Positions 27,375 through 35,616 of a stretch of 40,938 bases of DNA are shown here, piece after piece. The notes under the pieces are model-generated. The model had not been told where the DNA came from, ran no database searches, and saw nothing but the letters and a program-made list of their open reading frames with translations. A program made the translations under genes and the position numbers. The stretch comes from Chloroflexota bacterium (GTDB lineage: Bacteria; Chloroflexota; JAJPGV01). Within the stretch, counting starts at the first letter, position 1. The number at the start of each line of letters is the position of its first letter. The stretch is taken from assembly GCA_035532895.1 (NCBI GenBank), contig DATKQD010000025.1, positions 1-40,938 of the forward strand. The letters are read 5' to 3'.

Positions 27375-28448
27375 TCAGCTCTCCGCGCTGGCCGGCTCCA
27401 GCGGGGCGCTGGCTTTGGCCTTGATGTCGATGCGCCACCCCGTAAGCTTGGCGGCGAGACGGGCATTCTGTCCCTCTTTCCCGATGGCCAACGAGAGTTG
27501 CCGCTCCGGGACGAGCACCTGCGCGGTGCGGTCGCCAGCTTCTACGTGCACGGAGAGCACCTCGGCTGGGCTGAGGGCATGTTCCACGAACGCAGCCGCC
27601 TCTGCAGCCCACAGGACCACGTCAATCTTTTCGCCGCTGAGCTCGCTCACCACGTTCATAACGCGCATGCCGCGCTGCCCAATACACGAGCCCTGGGGAT
27701 CTACCCCCGGCTGCCGCGCGTGCACGGCCACCTTGGAGCGCTGCCCCGGTTCGCGGGCAATGGCTTTGATCTCCACCGAGCCATTCTTTATCTCGGGCAC
27801 CCCCAGCTCGAACAGCCGCCGCAGGAAGGCCCGATGGGCCCGGCTGGCAATCACCTGTATGGGCCCGCGCATCGTTTTCTGCACCTCGGCCACGAGCACC
27901 CGGATGTGCTGGCCCGGGCGGTAGTGTTCGCCAGGAATCTGCTCGGTCGGGGGCATCACGGCCTGCAGGTCCACCTTGCCAAGATCCAGGAACACCGTAC
28001 CGCCCTCATCCACCCGCTGGATAGTGCCGAGCATCACGTCGCCCTGGTGCGCGGCATACTCGTGATACAGCTTGTCCCGCTCGGCATCCCGGATGCGCTG
28101 CTGAATGACCTGCTTGGCCGTTTGCGCGGCGATGCGGCCGAAGTTCTCCGGCGTCACGTCCGCGGACACGCGGTCCCCCACCTTGGCCGTGCGCTTGAGG
28201 GTCACAGCCTCCGCCAGGCCGATCTCAGTCGGACCGGCGGCCTGGCCCTCAACGACGGTACACACGCGGAACACGCGCGCCTTCACCGTCGCGGGGTCCA
28301 GCTCCACCCGAATGTCCTCGTCCTCCGCCTCGTTCGCCCGCTTGTAGGCGGATACGAGCGCGGCATTGAGCGACTCCAGCACCACCTCGGGCGAAACACC
28401 CTTCTCGGAGCTCACTTGCGCGATGGCGGCAAAGAATTCCTTGTTCAT
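27375..28448 (-). CDS. nusA: Transcription termination/antitermination factor NusA
   Basis: N-terminal NusA domain, S1 and two KH domains (GIDPQGSCIGQRGMRV; LAIGKEGQNARLAAKLTGWRIDI). Strong SD AAGGAGGGAGG before ATG28448. Confidence 0.95.
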   Translation of the reverse strand: MNKEFFAAIAQVSSEKGVSPEVVLESLNAALVSAYKRANEAEDEDIRVELDPATVKARVFRVCTVVEGQAAGPTEIGLAEAVTLKRTAKVGDRVSADVTPENFGRIAAQTAKQVIQQRIRDAERDKLYHEYAAHQGDVMLGTIQRVDEGGTVFLDLGKVDLQAVMPPTEQIPGEHYRPGQHIRVLVAEVQKTMRGPIQVIASRAHRAFLRRLFELGVPEIKNGSVEIKAIAREPGQRSKVAVHARQPGVDPQGSCIGQRGMRVMNVVSELSGEKIDVVLWAAEAAAFVEHALSPAEVLSVHVEAGDRTAQVLVPERQLSLAIGKEGQNARLAAKLTGWRIDIKAKASAPLEPASAES

Positions 28449-28497
28449 CGCGCCTCCCTCCTTGTGAAAACAGACAACAAAACCGGCCCAAGATCAC

Positions 28498-28524
28498 AAG
28501 AAGTGGGTCCAACGCCCACTTCTT
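28498..28524 (-). promoter_or_regulatory. Stem-loop in the nusA 5' leader
   Basis: AAGAAGTGGG-N7-CCCACTTCTT (10-bp perfect stem) lies 50-76 nt upstream of the nusA ATG on the minus strand. It is followed by U-rich runs (GGUUUUGUUGUCUGUUUUC) before the SD. Confidence 0.35.
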
Positions 28525-28668
28525 TACGGCCGCGTCTTCAGTTTCTGGGAGTATATCGCGCAGGCAGCGGCGGCCAGCCGGCTGCCAAGAACGGTGGTTC
28601 GATGCGAAGTGGCCACTGCCGGGATCGGCCGCGGGCCGCCGATCGCTTTTCGGCTCCGCCGCGCCAGT

Positions 28669-29955
28669 ATGCTCTTTGAGCAGATGAAAGCCTTGGTCGT
28701 TGGCGCGGGCTTGGCTGGCCTGGTGGCCGCGCGGGCATTGCGCCGGGCGGGGTGGGAGGTCACCCTGCTGGAGGCGAGCGATAGCGTGGGCGGCCGCGTG
28801 CGAACGGATGTGGTGGAGGGCTTTCAGTTGGACCGCGGAGTGCAGTTTCTGGCCACCAGCTACCCCGCGGTGCGTCGCCAGCTGGACTTGAAGGCGCTGC
28901 AACCGCGGCGGCTGGATTCCGGGGTCATTGTGGTGGAAGGCCGGCGCTGGAGCGAGCTGGGCGATCCCTGGCGCGACCTGAAGGCGCTGGCGCCTTCGAC
29001 CCTGAGCACGGTTCCACGGCGAGGGGATAAGCGGCGGCTGCTGAAGCTCCGCCGCCTAGCCCGCGGCCCCAAGGCGGAGCACGTGGGGGCAGCGTTCGCC
29101 AGTGCCGCTGAGCTGCTGGAAAGCCGGCGCTTCAGCGATCAGTTCATCAAGCTCTTCTTCCGGCCGCTGCTCGGCGCGGTGTTCCTGGATGGTTCGCTCG
29201 CGGTGAGCGCGCAGGAGCTCCTGTTCCAGTACCGCATGTTCATCAGCGGGCGGCTGGTGTTGCCCAGGCGAGGCATGCAGGCCATCCCCGATCAGTTGGC
29301 CCAGGGCCTGCCCGAGGGTGCGTTGCGCCTGAATGACCCCGTTCTGCGGCTCGAGAAGCGGAATGGGCGTGTGACGGGCGTGCAAACCTCGCACCAGGGA
29401 CTGACGGCCGACGTCGTTGTGGTGGCGACGCATGCGCCGGAGGCAGAGCGGCTCTCGGGCTTGGCCCTACCCAAGGACGCCAGCTCCGCCACCTGCATCT
29501 ACTTCGGACTGCCTTACCCCCTCTATGGCCACAAAAAAGTGATCCTCAACGGCTACCCGGATGCGTTCGTGAACCACGGCCTGCAGATATCCAACGTCTC
29601 CACCAGCTACGCGCCGGAAGCGCAGCATCTGTTCGCGGCCACGATATTGGGTGCGCCGGAGCTCACGGCCGAGGAGTTTCGGCAGCGTGCTCTGGCGGAT
29701 ATGCAGCGCTGGTTTCCCTGGCGGGACATCTCCGGCCTGCAGCCTATGGCCATCTACCAGCTGCCCTATGGGCGCTTGCGGCAAACCGCCGACTTCGAGC
29801 GTGACCATCCCGCCAACCGGACCTCGCTGCCCGGCTTGTACCTGGCCGGAGAGTACACCCAGGCAGGCTCGATCGAAGGCGCCCTGCTGAGTGGAGAAAA
29901 GGCCGCCGCGGCGGTGCTGGAGGACTATCCAGCCGGCGCGACTTCGGCGAGCTGA
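28669..29955 (+). CDS. NAD(P)/FAD-dependent oxidoreductase (amine-oxidase / phytoene-desaturase-like fold)
   Basis: Dinucleotide-binding N-terminus KALVVGAGLAGLVAARALRRAGWEVTLLEASDSVGGRVRT. C-terminal LYLAGEYT...GSIEGALLSG. The start is ATG28669 or ATG28684. Confidence 0.8.
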   Translation: MLFEQMKALVVGAGLAGLVAARALRRAGWEVTLLEASDSVGGRVRTDVVEGFQLDRGVQFLATSYPAVRRQLDLKALQPRRLDSGVIVVEGRRWSELGDPWRDLKALAPSTLSTVPRRGDKRRLLKLRRLARGPKAEHVGAAFASAAELLESRRFSDQFIKLFFRPLLGAVFLDGSLAVSAQELLFQYRMFISGRLVLPRRGMQAIPDQLAQGLPEGALRLNDPVLRLEKRNGRVTGVQTSHQGLTADVVVVATHAPEAERLSGLALPKDASSATCIYFGLPYPLYGHKKVILNGYPDAFVNHGLQISNVSTSYAPEAQHLFAATILGAPELTAEEFRQRALADMQRWFPWRDISGLQPMAIYQLPYGRLRQTADFERDHPANRTSLPGLYLAGEYTQAGSIEGALLSGEKAAAAVLEDYPAGATSAS

Positions 29956-30593
29956 GTGCTGGCAACCGCCATCCCGCTTCGGGTGCGGGCGTAGTGTCGC
30001 CGCGCCTTTTCTCGGTTGCCGCACAAGCGCATGTCGCACCACTGGCGGCTGTGATTCTTACTGGAATCGATGAACAGCCACTGACAGTCTCGGCCGGCAC
30101 ACTCGCGCACGAAGGGCAGCCCTTCGGTGAGCACCTGAGAGGCTGATACTGCTACCGGCCACAGCACGCTCTCCAGTTCGCGGCTGCCGCCCCAGGCCCA
30201 GGCGAAGCCAGTCGAGCTGGGTATCAGACGTGACTTGGGCAGCGCGCCCGCCAGCTCGCGATTCAGGCGATCGATGTCCAGCGCATCGGCCGGACGGTGC
30301 CCAGCCGACGAAGCGAACAGCCGGTACAGCGATTCAGCCAGCGCCTGCGCGCGCCGCAGAACGGCGGCGGCTTCACGCGGGTGGGCCTCAGCGCCCGCCG
30401 TAAGCTGGCGCAGCTCTTCCCGCCCAAGCACCCCGGCGGCGGCACTCCAGGACAGCAGTGCCCCAAAATCGCGAACGTTGGCACGCGTCACGTTGTTGGT
30501 GAAATCGAGGCACAGCGAGCCAGCGTTCAAACGGAATACCGCCGGGCTGGGCCTGCCGCGGTGCTTGCTTCCAACCGCCAAAGGGGCTTCCAT
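29925..30593 (-). CDS. CGNR zinc-finger domain protein (ABATE + zf-CGNR)
   Basis: C-terminal CAGRDCQWLFIDSSKNHSRQWCDMRLCGNREKARRHYAR. N-terminal LCLDFTNNV block. The start is ATG30593 (or TTG30602). The 3' end overlaps the convergent oxidoreductase gene by 31 nt. Confidence 0.85.
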   Translation of the reverse strand: MEAPLAVGSKHRGRPSPAVFRLNAGSLCLDFTNNVTRANVRDFGALLSWSAAAGVLGREELRQLTAGAEAHPREAAAVLRRAQALAESLYRLFASSAGHRPADALDIDRLNRELAGALPKSRLIPSSTGFAWAWGGSRELESVLWPVAVSASQVLTEGLPFVRECAGRDCQWLFIDSSKNHSRQWCDMRLCGNREKARRHYARTRSGMAVASTQLAEVAPAG

Positions 30594-30711
30594 CGGTGAC
30601 AAGCCAGAGTGTATCCCGTGGCGCGAGCGCGCGTCGAGGAGAGCTCATTCTCCCGCGGCACTGCCACATCGGCGCATCCTGCACGGATCGCGTCCATCAA
30701 CTTTGGTGAGC

Positions 30712-30746
30712 CAGAGGCGAGGCCGCGGGCCGCGGCCTCGCCTCTG
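30712..30746 (-). terminator. Strong GC-rich hairpin downstream of the solute-binding protein gene
   Basis: CAGAGGCGAGGCCGCG-GGC-CGCGGCCTCGCCTCTG has perfect 16-nt arms and lies 17 nt after the TAG stop at 30763-30765 (minus strand). No U-tract. Confidence 0.6.
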
Positions 30747-30762
30747 CTGCGCCTGGCCGAGC

Positions 30763-32601
30763 CTACTTGGCCTTGGCTATCGCATCGTTGAACTCGCCTT
30801 TGACGGTGTCGCCAACGGAGCTCTGCCAGTCCTTGACCAGCTGGTCGTAATCGCTGAACGGCCGCCGGCCAACAATGATGCTGTTCAAGCCGTCCGAGAA
30901 CTTCTGCTGCGCCTGCTTACCCTTGGATGAGGTGTCCGTGGGCGAGAAGAAGCCCAGGGTCACGTCGGACACAGCAATCTTGGGATCGACCAGCTTGACC
31001 TCTACCTCATTGACGTGCTTGGCGTAGTTGGGAATGCCCGCGTAATACGTGGCATAGGGGCGATCCGAGATGTATTGCCAGGGCACGTATTGCGAGCGGC
31101 TCTTGCCGCCGCCGGTCAGGACGGGGTTGCCATCCGCCCCAATGCTGTAGTCGGCCGGAGACAGGCCGTAGCTGATGAGCAGATCCTCCTGCGTGCCGAA
31201 CGGCTTGGCCAGGTAATCCACGATGCGTAGGATTTCCCGAACACGGTCCGGGCTGGCCTTCTTCATAACGTTTGTCGAGATGTAGCCGCCGGTGTTGAAG
31301 CTCTGGACCTTGGTCTTGGAATCCGCGCTGAAGGGGAAGATGATGTCGAAGTTGGTCGGCGGATTCTCCGTCTTCAACCCGCGGTACCAAAAGTCGTTCC
31401 ACGAGTTGCCGAAGCCTTCGACCGACATGGCCAGCTTTTTGGCCACGAAGTCGTTGCGCGAGTTGAAGCTGGTGTTGCTTACGCTGGGCGTGATGAGGCC
31501 CGACTTCCAGAGGTCCGCCAGGTACCCAACGGCCGCCTTGTACTCCGGGGTCTCACGGTCCCGCACGACCTTGCCCGAGGAGTCCAGTCCCCAGTTGTAG
31601 GGCGCCCCGAACATCATGGCGTAGCCCAGCACGCCCACATTCTGGTTGAGCTGATTGCCAATCGCGTAGACGTTGTTTTTGGGGTCGTTCAGCTCGGTCA
31701 GAATCTTCTTCAGATCGGTCGCATCCTTGGGGGCGACGTTCGCGCCGATCTTCTTGTTCCACATGTCGGTGTTCTTGAAGAAGTAGCTCAGGCCGGGTAG
31801 GTAGCGGTGGATCGGCCAGCCGTAGAGCACACCGTTAATGACGCATGCCGAGTTGGCCCAGGCGTAGGTGGGGATAGCCGCGAGGTTCGGGTAGTCCTTG
31901 ATGTTATTCCCCGCGAGGAATGGCCCCAGATCCTGGCACTGGCTCTGGATGAACTCGGCCGTGCCCGGCGGCGGGAAAATACTCGTAAGCCCGAAGAAGA
32001 GATGGATGATGTCCGGAATGTCGTTGCTGGCCATCATTGTGGCCATCTTGAGTGGATAATCGAGCGCGGTGCCGATCTGCTGCATCTGAAAATCGGAATT
32101 CAGGGCCTTGTTGACCGCTTTCCAGGTGGGGTTGCTGTCGTATGGCGTGGGGGCTGGGTAGTAGTCCACCACGAACGCCGTGACCTTGCTGCCAGTTCCT
32201 GGAGCCGGCTTGTTCCACGATTTGGGGGGATTCTTCGGATAGTTGTTCCAGGCCAGCGTCACACGCGGGTCGTGCGCGTCGTAGTCCGGCTTCGATGCCA
32301 GCGTGGGTTTGATGTAGGCGGGCAGCACACTGGCGGCCTTACTGGTCACCGCGCCAGGCACCGCGCTGCCGGATGCGCTGCTTGTGGTCGCGGCCGACGC
32401 GGCCGCGCTGACAGATGCCGCGCTGCTCGCGGAAGCGCTGGCCGGTGCCACCGCGCCGCCGCTGCTAGCTGGGGCCGCGGTTCCGCCACAAGCCGCTAAC
32501 AGAACGCCTGCTCCCGTGGCAGCCGCCGCTCCGCCTGCCACGCGAATGAAGGCGCGACGACTGAGCGCTTCACCCCCAGGCACTGATTGATGTTCTTCCA
32601 T
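30763..32601 (-). CDS. Large extracellular solute-binding lipoprotein (ABC transporter family-1 SBP), Tat-type signal
   Basis: LSRRAFIRVAGGAAAATGAGVLLAACGG (twin-Arg plus lipobox), an Ala/Ser-rich linker, then an SBP-like body of about 500 aa. No permease or ATPase genes adjacent. Confidence 0.82.
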   Translation of the reverse strand: MEEHQSVPGGEALSRRAFIRVAGGAAAATGAGVLLAACGGTAAPASSGGAVAPASASASSAASVSAAASAATTSSASGSAVPGAVTSKAASVLPAYIKPTLASKPDYDAHDPRVTLAWNNYPKNPPKSWNKPAPGTGSKVTAFVVDYYPAPTPYDSNPTWKAVNKALNSDFQMQQIGTALDYPLKMATMMASNDIPDIIHLFFGLTSIFPPPGTAEFIQSQCQDLGPFLAGNNIKDYPNLAAIPTYAWANSACVINGVLYGWPIHRYLPGLSYFFKNTDMWNKKIGANVAPKDATDLKKILTELNDPKNNVYAIGNQLNQNVGVLGYAMMFGAPYNWGLDSSGKVVRDRETPEYKAAVGYLADLWKSGLITPSVSNTSFNSRNDFVAKKLAMSVEGFGNSWNDFWYRGLKTENPPTNFDIIFPFSADSKTKVQSFNTGGYISTNVMKKASPDRVREILRIVDYLAKPFGTQEDLLISYGLSPADYSIGADGNPVLTGGGKSRSQYVPWQYISDRPYATYYAGIPNYAKHVNEVEVKLVDPKIAVSDVTLGFFSPTDTSSKGKQAQQKFSDGLNSIIVGRRPFSDYDQLVKDWQSSVGDTVKGEFNDAIAKAK

Positions 32602-32793
32602 GCCTCACTCCAGTAGATCTGTATTGGCCCTTGGGCCGTTGCCATCGCGTACTATACATCTCCACATATCTGTGGCTGCCTGCTCGCAAAGGCGCCCAAG
32701 GTTACCGGCCTTGGGCTGCGATCGAATCGAAAGGGAGGCGGGCCTGACGCCAGAACCAGCTATGGCCAGCGTGCGTGTGCCGCTCCTAATGGC

Positions 32794-32809
32794 AGGGCAA
32801 GTTTGCCCT
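32794..32809 (-). terminator. Short hairpin just after the stop of the 32816..33580 gene
   Basis: AGGGCAA-GT-TTGCCCT (7-bp arms) lies 7 nt downstream of the stop on the minus strand. Weak; no U-tract. Confidence 0.25.
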
Positions 32810-32815
32810 CCCCGC

Positions 32816-33580
32816 TCAGGCTGGAGGGCCGCTCACCTGTTGGATGGCGCGTTCGATGTCCGTGACCGCGGCGTAGTCCTCGTCCACCAATTTGTAGCAG
32901 CGATCGATAAGGAGTTGGGAAAGGCGCCCGCCGCGCTCGCCGGGCGTGCTGGCAGCCTCCACCACCTTATCCGGCCAGTACTTCGCCTGCAGGTGCTGGG
33001 CCAGCAGCCGCATGTGCGCAAGCGTCTCATCCGACTGGCGCCGGTCGCCCCCATCGAGCGCGTAGCGCAGGGTACCGGCCATGCGAGCCAGCTCCGACAG
33101 CCGCTCCCGCTCTCCCATGAGGGCAAAGGTCAGCTCCTCGGCCGAAGGACCACCCCCTAGGCGCTCTTCCTCCTGGTCCCGGGCGGGCAGGCTGGTGAAC
33201 TGTCGCGAAAAGTCGGTGTAAAGATGGTAGTAGAGCTGGGCGGCCTCATTGGTGTAGAGCAGCAACTGCTCCAGCTGTTCCGCCGTCGCCTGGCCGGCCA
33301 GCACCAGGTCATCATCGCGGTTTTCGGCCAAATTGCGCAGGGTATTCAGAGCCGGCACCAGCTCGGGCACAGGCGGCAGCGGCACGATGGATGACGCCTC
33401 GGCCAGGTTGCCTGCCAGCGCCTGGCCCGCGAACATCGGCGGCAGGTACTTGCTGAAGTCGATGGCGATCGGCGGGATGACGACATACGTCGCCAGTACA
33501 CCGCCGGCAGCGGTTTCGAAGTAGATCAGCGCGTGGCCCTTGGGCCGTCGCGAATCACCCCGATCGAACACCAACTGCAT
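32816..33580 (-). CDS. Hypothetical protein (254 aa), no family recognised
   Basis: Clean ORF with a non-shadow-like composition (MQLVFDRGDSRRPKGHALIYFETAAGG...; acidic, helical C-terminal half). TATACT lies 7 nt upstream of ATG33580 and there is no SD, which suggests a leaderless transcript. Confidence 0.6.
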   Translation of the reverse strand: MQLVFDRGDSRRPKGHALIYFETAAGGVLATYVVIPPIAIDFSKYLPPMFAGQALAGNLAEASSIVPLPPVPELVPALNTLRNLAENRDDDLVLAGQATAEQLEQLLLYTNEAAQLYYHLYTDFSRQFTSLPARDQEEERLGGGPSAEELTFALMGERERLSELARMAGTLRYALDGGDRRQSDETLAHMRLLAQHLQAKYWPDKVVEAASTPGERGGRLSQLLIDRCYKLVDEDYAAVTDIERAIQQVSGPPA

Positions 33581-33709
33581 AGCTCGGAGTATAGGCCCTG
33601 GTGGCGCCGCCGGATGCCTCGAAGCTGCCAGGCGCCAGCAGCAACCTTTACCATTCTCTTACCGCGCCTTCAGGCAACCGTAAGCTTGCGCTCCTAAAGT
33701 CAGGCCGTG

Positions 33710-33874
33710 ATGAAGAGGGGATCTCGGCTCGGCAAGATCCGCCGGCTGCAAATGACCGTGGGTTTGTTTGGCCTGGCTCTTGCGCTGTTCGTCACCGTGG
33801 GACCAGCGCCGGCGCTGCCGCTTTTTGGAAGCGCGGCCCAGGCAGCCGGAGCCAGCTGGCAACTCTTTGCCTGA
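33710..33874 (+). CDS. Candidate 54-aa small protein with a signal-peptide-like N-terminus (below the 60-aa ORF-track cutoff)
   Basis: My translation is MKRGSRLGKIRRLQMTVGLFGLALALFVTVGPAPALPLFGSAAQAAGASWQLFA-stop: a basic n-region, a hydrophobic core and Ala-rich AQAA sites. It is the best of the three frames for GC3 by eye (about 70 percent). It ends 12 nt before the next ORF start. No clear SD. Confidence 0.3.
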   Translation: MKRGSRLGKIRRLQMTVGLFGLALALFVTVGPAPALPLFGSAAQAAGASWQLFA

Positions 33875-33886
33875 GAGGTGATGCTG

Positions 33887-34081
33887 ATGTGGAAGCCAAA
33901 GGCCTGCGACCGTTGTGGTGGTGACATGTACCGAACCAGCACGGACGACGGCGATGTGATGTGCTGTCTTCAGTGTGGCCGCGAGCACACCCTCGCGATG
34001 CCGCGCCCCTCCCTGACGGTAGAGGAGATCCGTGCGCTGCTGCTGGCAGAAGATGCACTGGAGGACCGGCGAGCGGCCTGA
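33887..34081 (+). CDS. Small zinc-ribbon protein (CxxC...CxxC)
   Basis: MWKPKACDRCGGDMYRTSTDDGDVMCCLQCGREH, then an acidic helical tail. GAGAGG lies 8 nt upstream of ATG33887. The track ORF starts slightly earlier, at GTG33878. Confidence 0.5.
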   Translation: MWKPKACDRCGGDMYRTSTDDGDVMCCLQCGREHTLAMPRPSLTVEEIRALLLAEDALEDRRAA

Positions 34082-34087
34082 GCCGGC

Positions 34088-34792
34088 TCAGTACACTTTC
34101 CCGCGCTGGCGCGTGATGTCAAAGGCGGCGGTACTGGCGGCGATCATCACCGCCATCACCCCCGCCTGAATAGGGTCGGTCACAACCATGTCGGCGGCTT
34201 TGGGTACGCTGCCGGCCATATTCAGCGACACCACCACAATGCCTTCGCGCCTCACGTCACGCACGGCGTCGGCGATCTCGCCGCCCATGATGGAGCCGGC
34301 CAGCACCAGCACCTTAGCGCGCGGCAGCCTGCTGACCGCGCGCACGGCTACCGCCAACTCCGCCTCGCCCACCAAGGGGATGGTGTCCACCGAGATGCGC
34401 TCGCCGCGAATGTTGTGGCGATCGGCCTCAGATACCGCGCCCATGACCACGTAACCTACCTGGGCCCCGCCACCAATGACGATGATGCGCTTGCCAAACA
34501 CCTTATCGAACGATGGCGTCATCTGCACTTCGCGTACGCAAGGCAGCTGGCGCACATCGGCCAGCAGTGCATCCGCCCCGGTCACGTGGATAAGCTCGAA
34601 GTAGGTGGAGGAAAGCCCACCTTCCTGCTCGTTGTCCGTGATGTCCACGTAGGTGATGTTGGCCCCGTGGCGGAGGATCACCCCGGTGAGCTCGTGCAAT
34701 GTGCCCGGGCGGTCATCCACGCGCACGTAGAACGCCAGATCTGGCGCCCGCCCATCGGCCAGCACTCCAGGCTTTTCCACACCGAAGATCAT
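34088..34792 (-). CDS. ACT-domain protein fused to a Rossmann-like (GGGAQ) domain; uncharacterised regulator or enzyme
   Basis: N-terminal ACT-like segment FYVRVDDRPGTLHELTGVILRHGANITYVD. C-terminal KRIIVIGGGAQVGYVVMGA...VLVLAGSIMGG. Internal start ATG34792 chosen; the longer track start would cross the divergent gene. Confidence 0.7.
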   Translation of the reverse strand: MIFGVEKPGVLADGRAPDLAFYVRVDDRPGTLHELTGVILRHGANITYVDITDNEQEGGLSSTYFELIHVTGADALLADVRQLPCVREVQMTPSFDKVFGKRIIVIGGGAQVGYVVMGAVSEADRHNIRGERISVDTIPLVGEAELAVAVRAVSRLPRAKVLVLAGSIMGGEIADAVRDVRREGIVVVSLNMAGSVPKAADMVVTDPIQAGVMAVMIAASTAAFDITRQRGKVY

Positions 34793-34825
34793 AGACCCGC
34801 GCGCTTCGTCTCCTAAAATCGGGCT

Positions 34826-35401
34826 GTGCCCAGGCCCCCCATCGGACTCGACATGGATGGGGTGATCTGCACGCCGCTTCTGGGCTCCAACATGGCCATC
34901 AGCCGCCGGCTGGGGCTGCCACCGCTGCCGGAGCTGTCCCATGTGCGGGACGTCACCGGGGAGACACGCCGCGTCTACCTAAAGCTGCGGCGGCGTTGGG
35001 AGTTCGTGCGCTACATGGGCCGGCACCCGCTGCCGGGCGTGCGCGAAGGGCTGGAGGAGCTGGGGCGCCTGCGACAACTCGTGCTGATCACCGGTCGCAG
35101 CTGGCACGCGCGACAGATCATCGAACACTGGCTGGCGAAGTACGACCTGGCGCAATACTTCGCCGACGTCCTGCCGAACACCACCAACCTCTCGACCGCG
35201 CACTACAAGCTGTGGACGGTGAACCGCCTGGGCATTCGCGAGCACATCGACGACGATGGGTCCATCGCCTGCTACCTGGCCAGCCACGACATCCGCGTTT
35301 TCCTCACGGACTGGCCGCGCAACCTCGGCCTGCCATATCCCGAGGGCGTTACCAGGATCCACCGCCTGGTGGATGCTGCCCGCGCCCTCCGCCAGCCGTA
35401 G
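34826..35401 (+). CDS. HAD-superfamily hydrolase (5'-nucleotidase-like)
   Basis: HAD motif I IGLDMDGVI requires the GTG34826 start. Also LVLITGRS and a late IDDD acidic motif. Confidence 0.72.
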   Translation: MPRPPIGLDMDGVICTPLLGSNMAISRRLGLPPLPELSHVRDVTGETRRVYLKLRRRWEFVRYMGRHPLPGVREGLEELGRLRQLVLITGRSWHARQIIEHWLAKYDLAQYFADVLPNTTNLSTAHYKLWTVNRLGIREHIDDDGSIACYLASHDIRVFLTDWPRNLGLPYPEGVTRIHRLVDAARALRQP

Positions 35402-35616
35402 AGCCGAAACGCTATCGGCCACCCGATTAGCCGGGCATCCGAGCTCCGCGGCAGGCGCTTCGCTCCGCGCTCTCGGGGCCGTCCGGGTTTCCCGCCGTAC
35501 CGGCAGCCGCCGGCGGGCACGTGACAGTGGACCGCGCCGCTGTCCTCGCCGGGGCGCGCTGATGACCCATGGGATTGGGTGGGCGGCCTCGAGCCGTGTA
35601 CTAGAGTTGCGGAACA

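Noticed and set aside
28596-28602. GGTTCGA T-loop-like heptamer suggesting a tRNA
   Set aside because: No acceptor, D or anticodon stems can be drawn around it. It lies in the nusA/oxidoreductase intergenic region. No tRNA-like cloverleaf was found anywhere in the window by eye.
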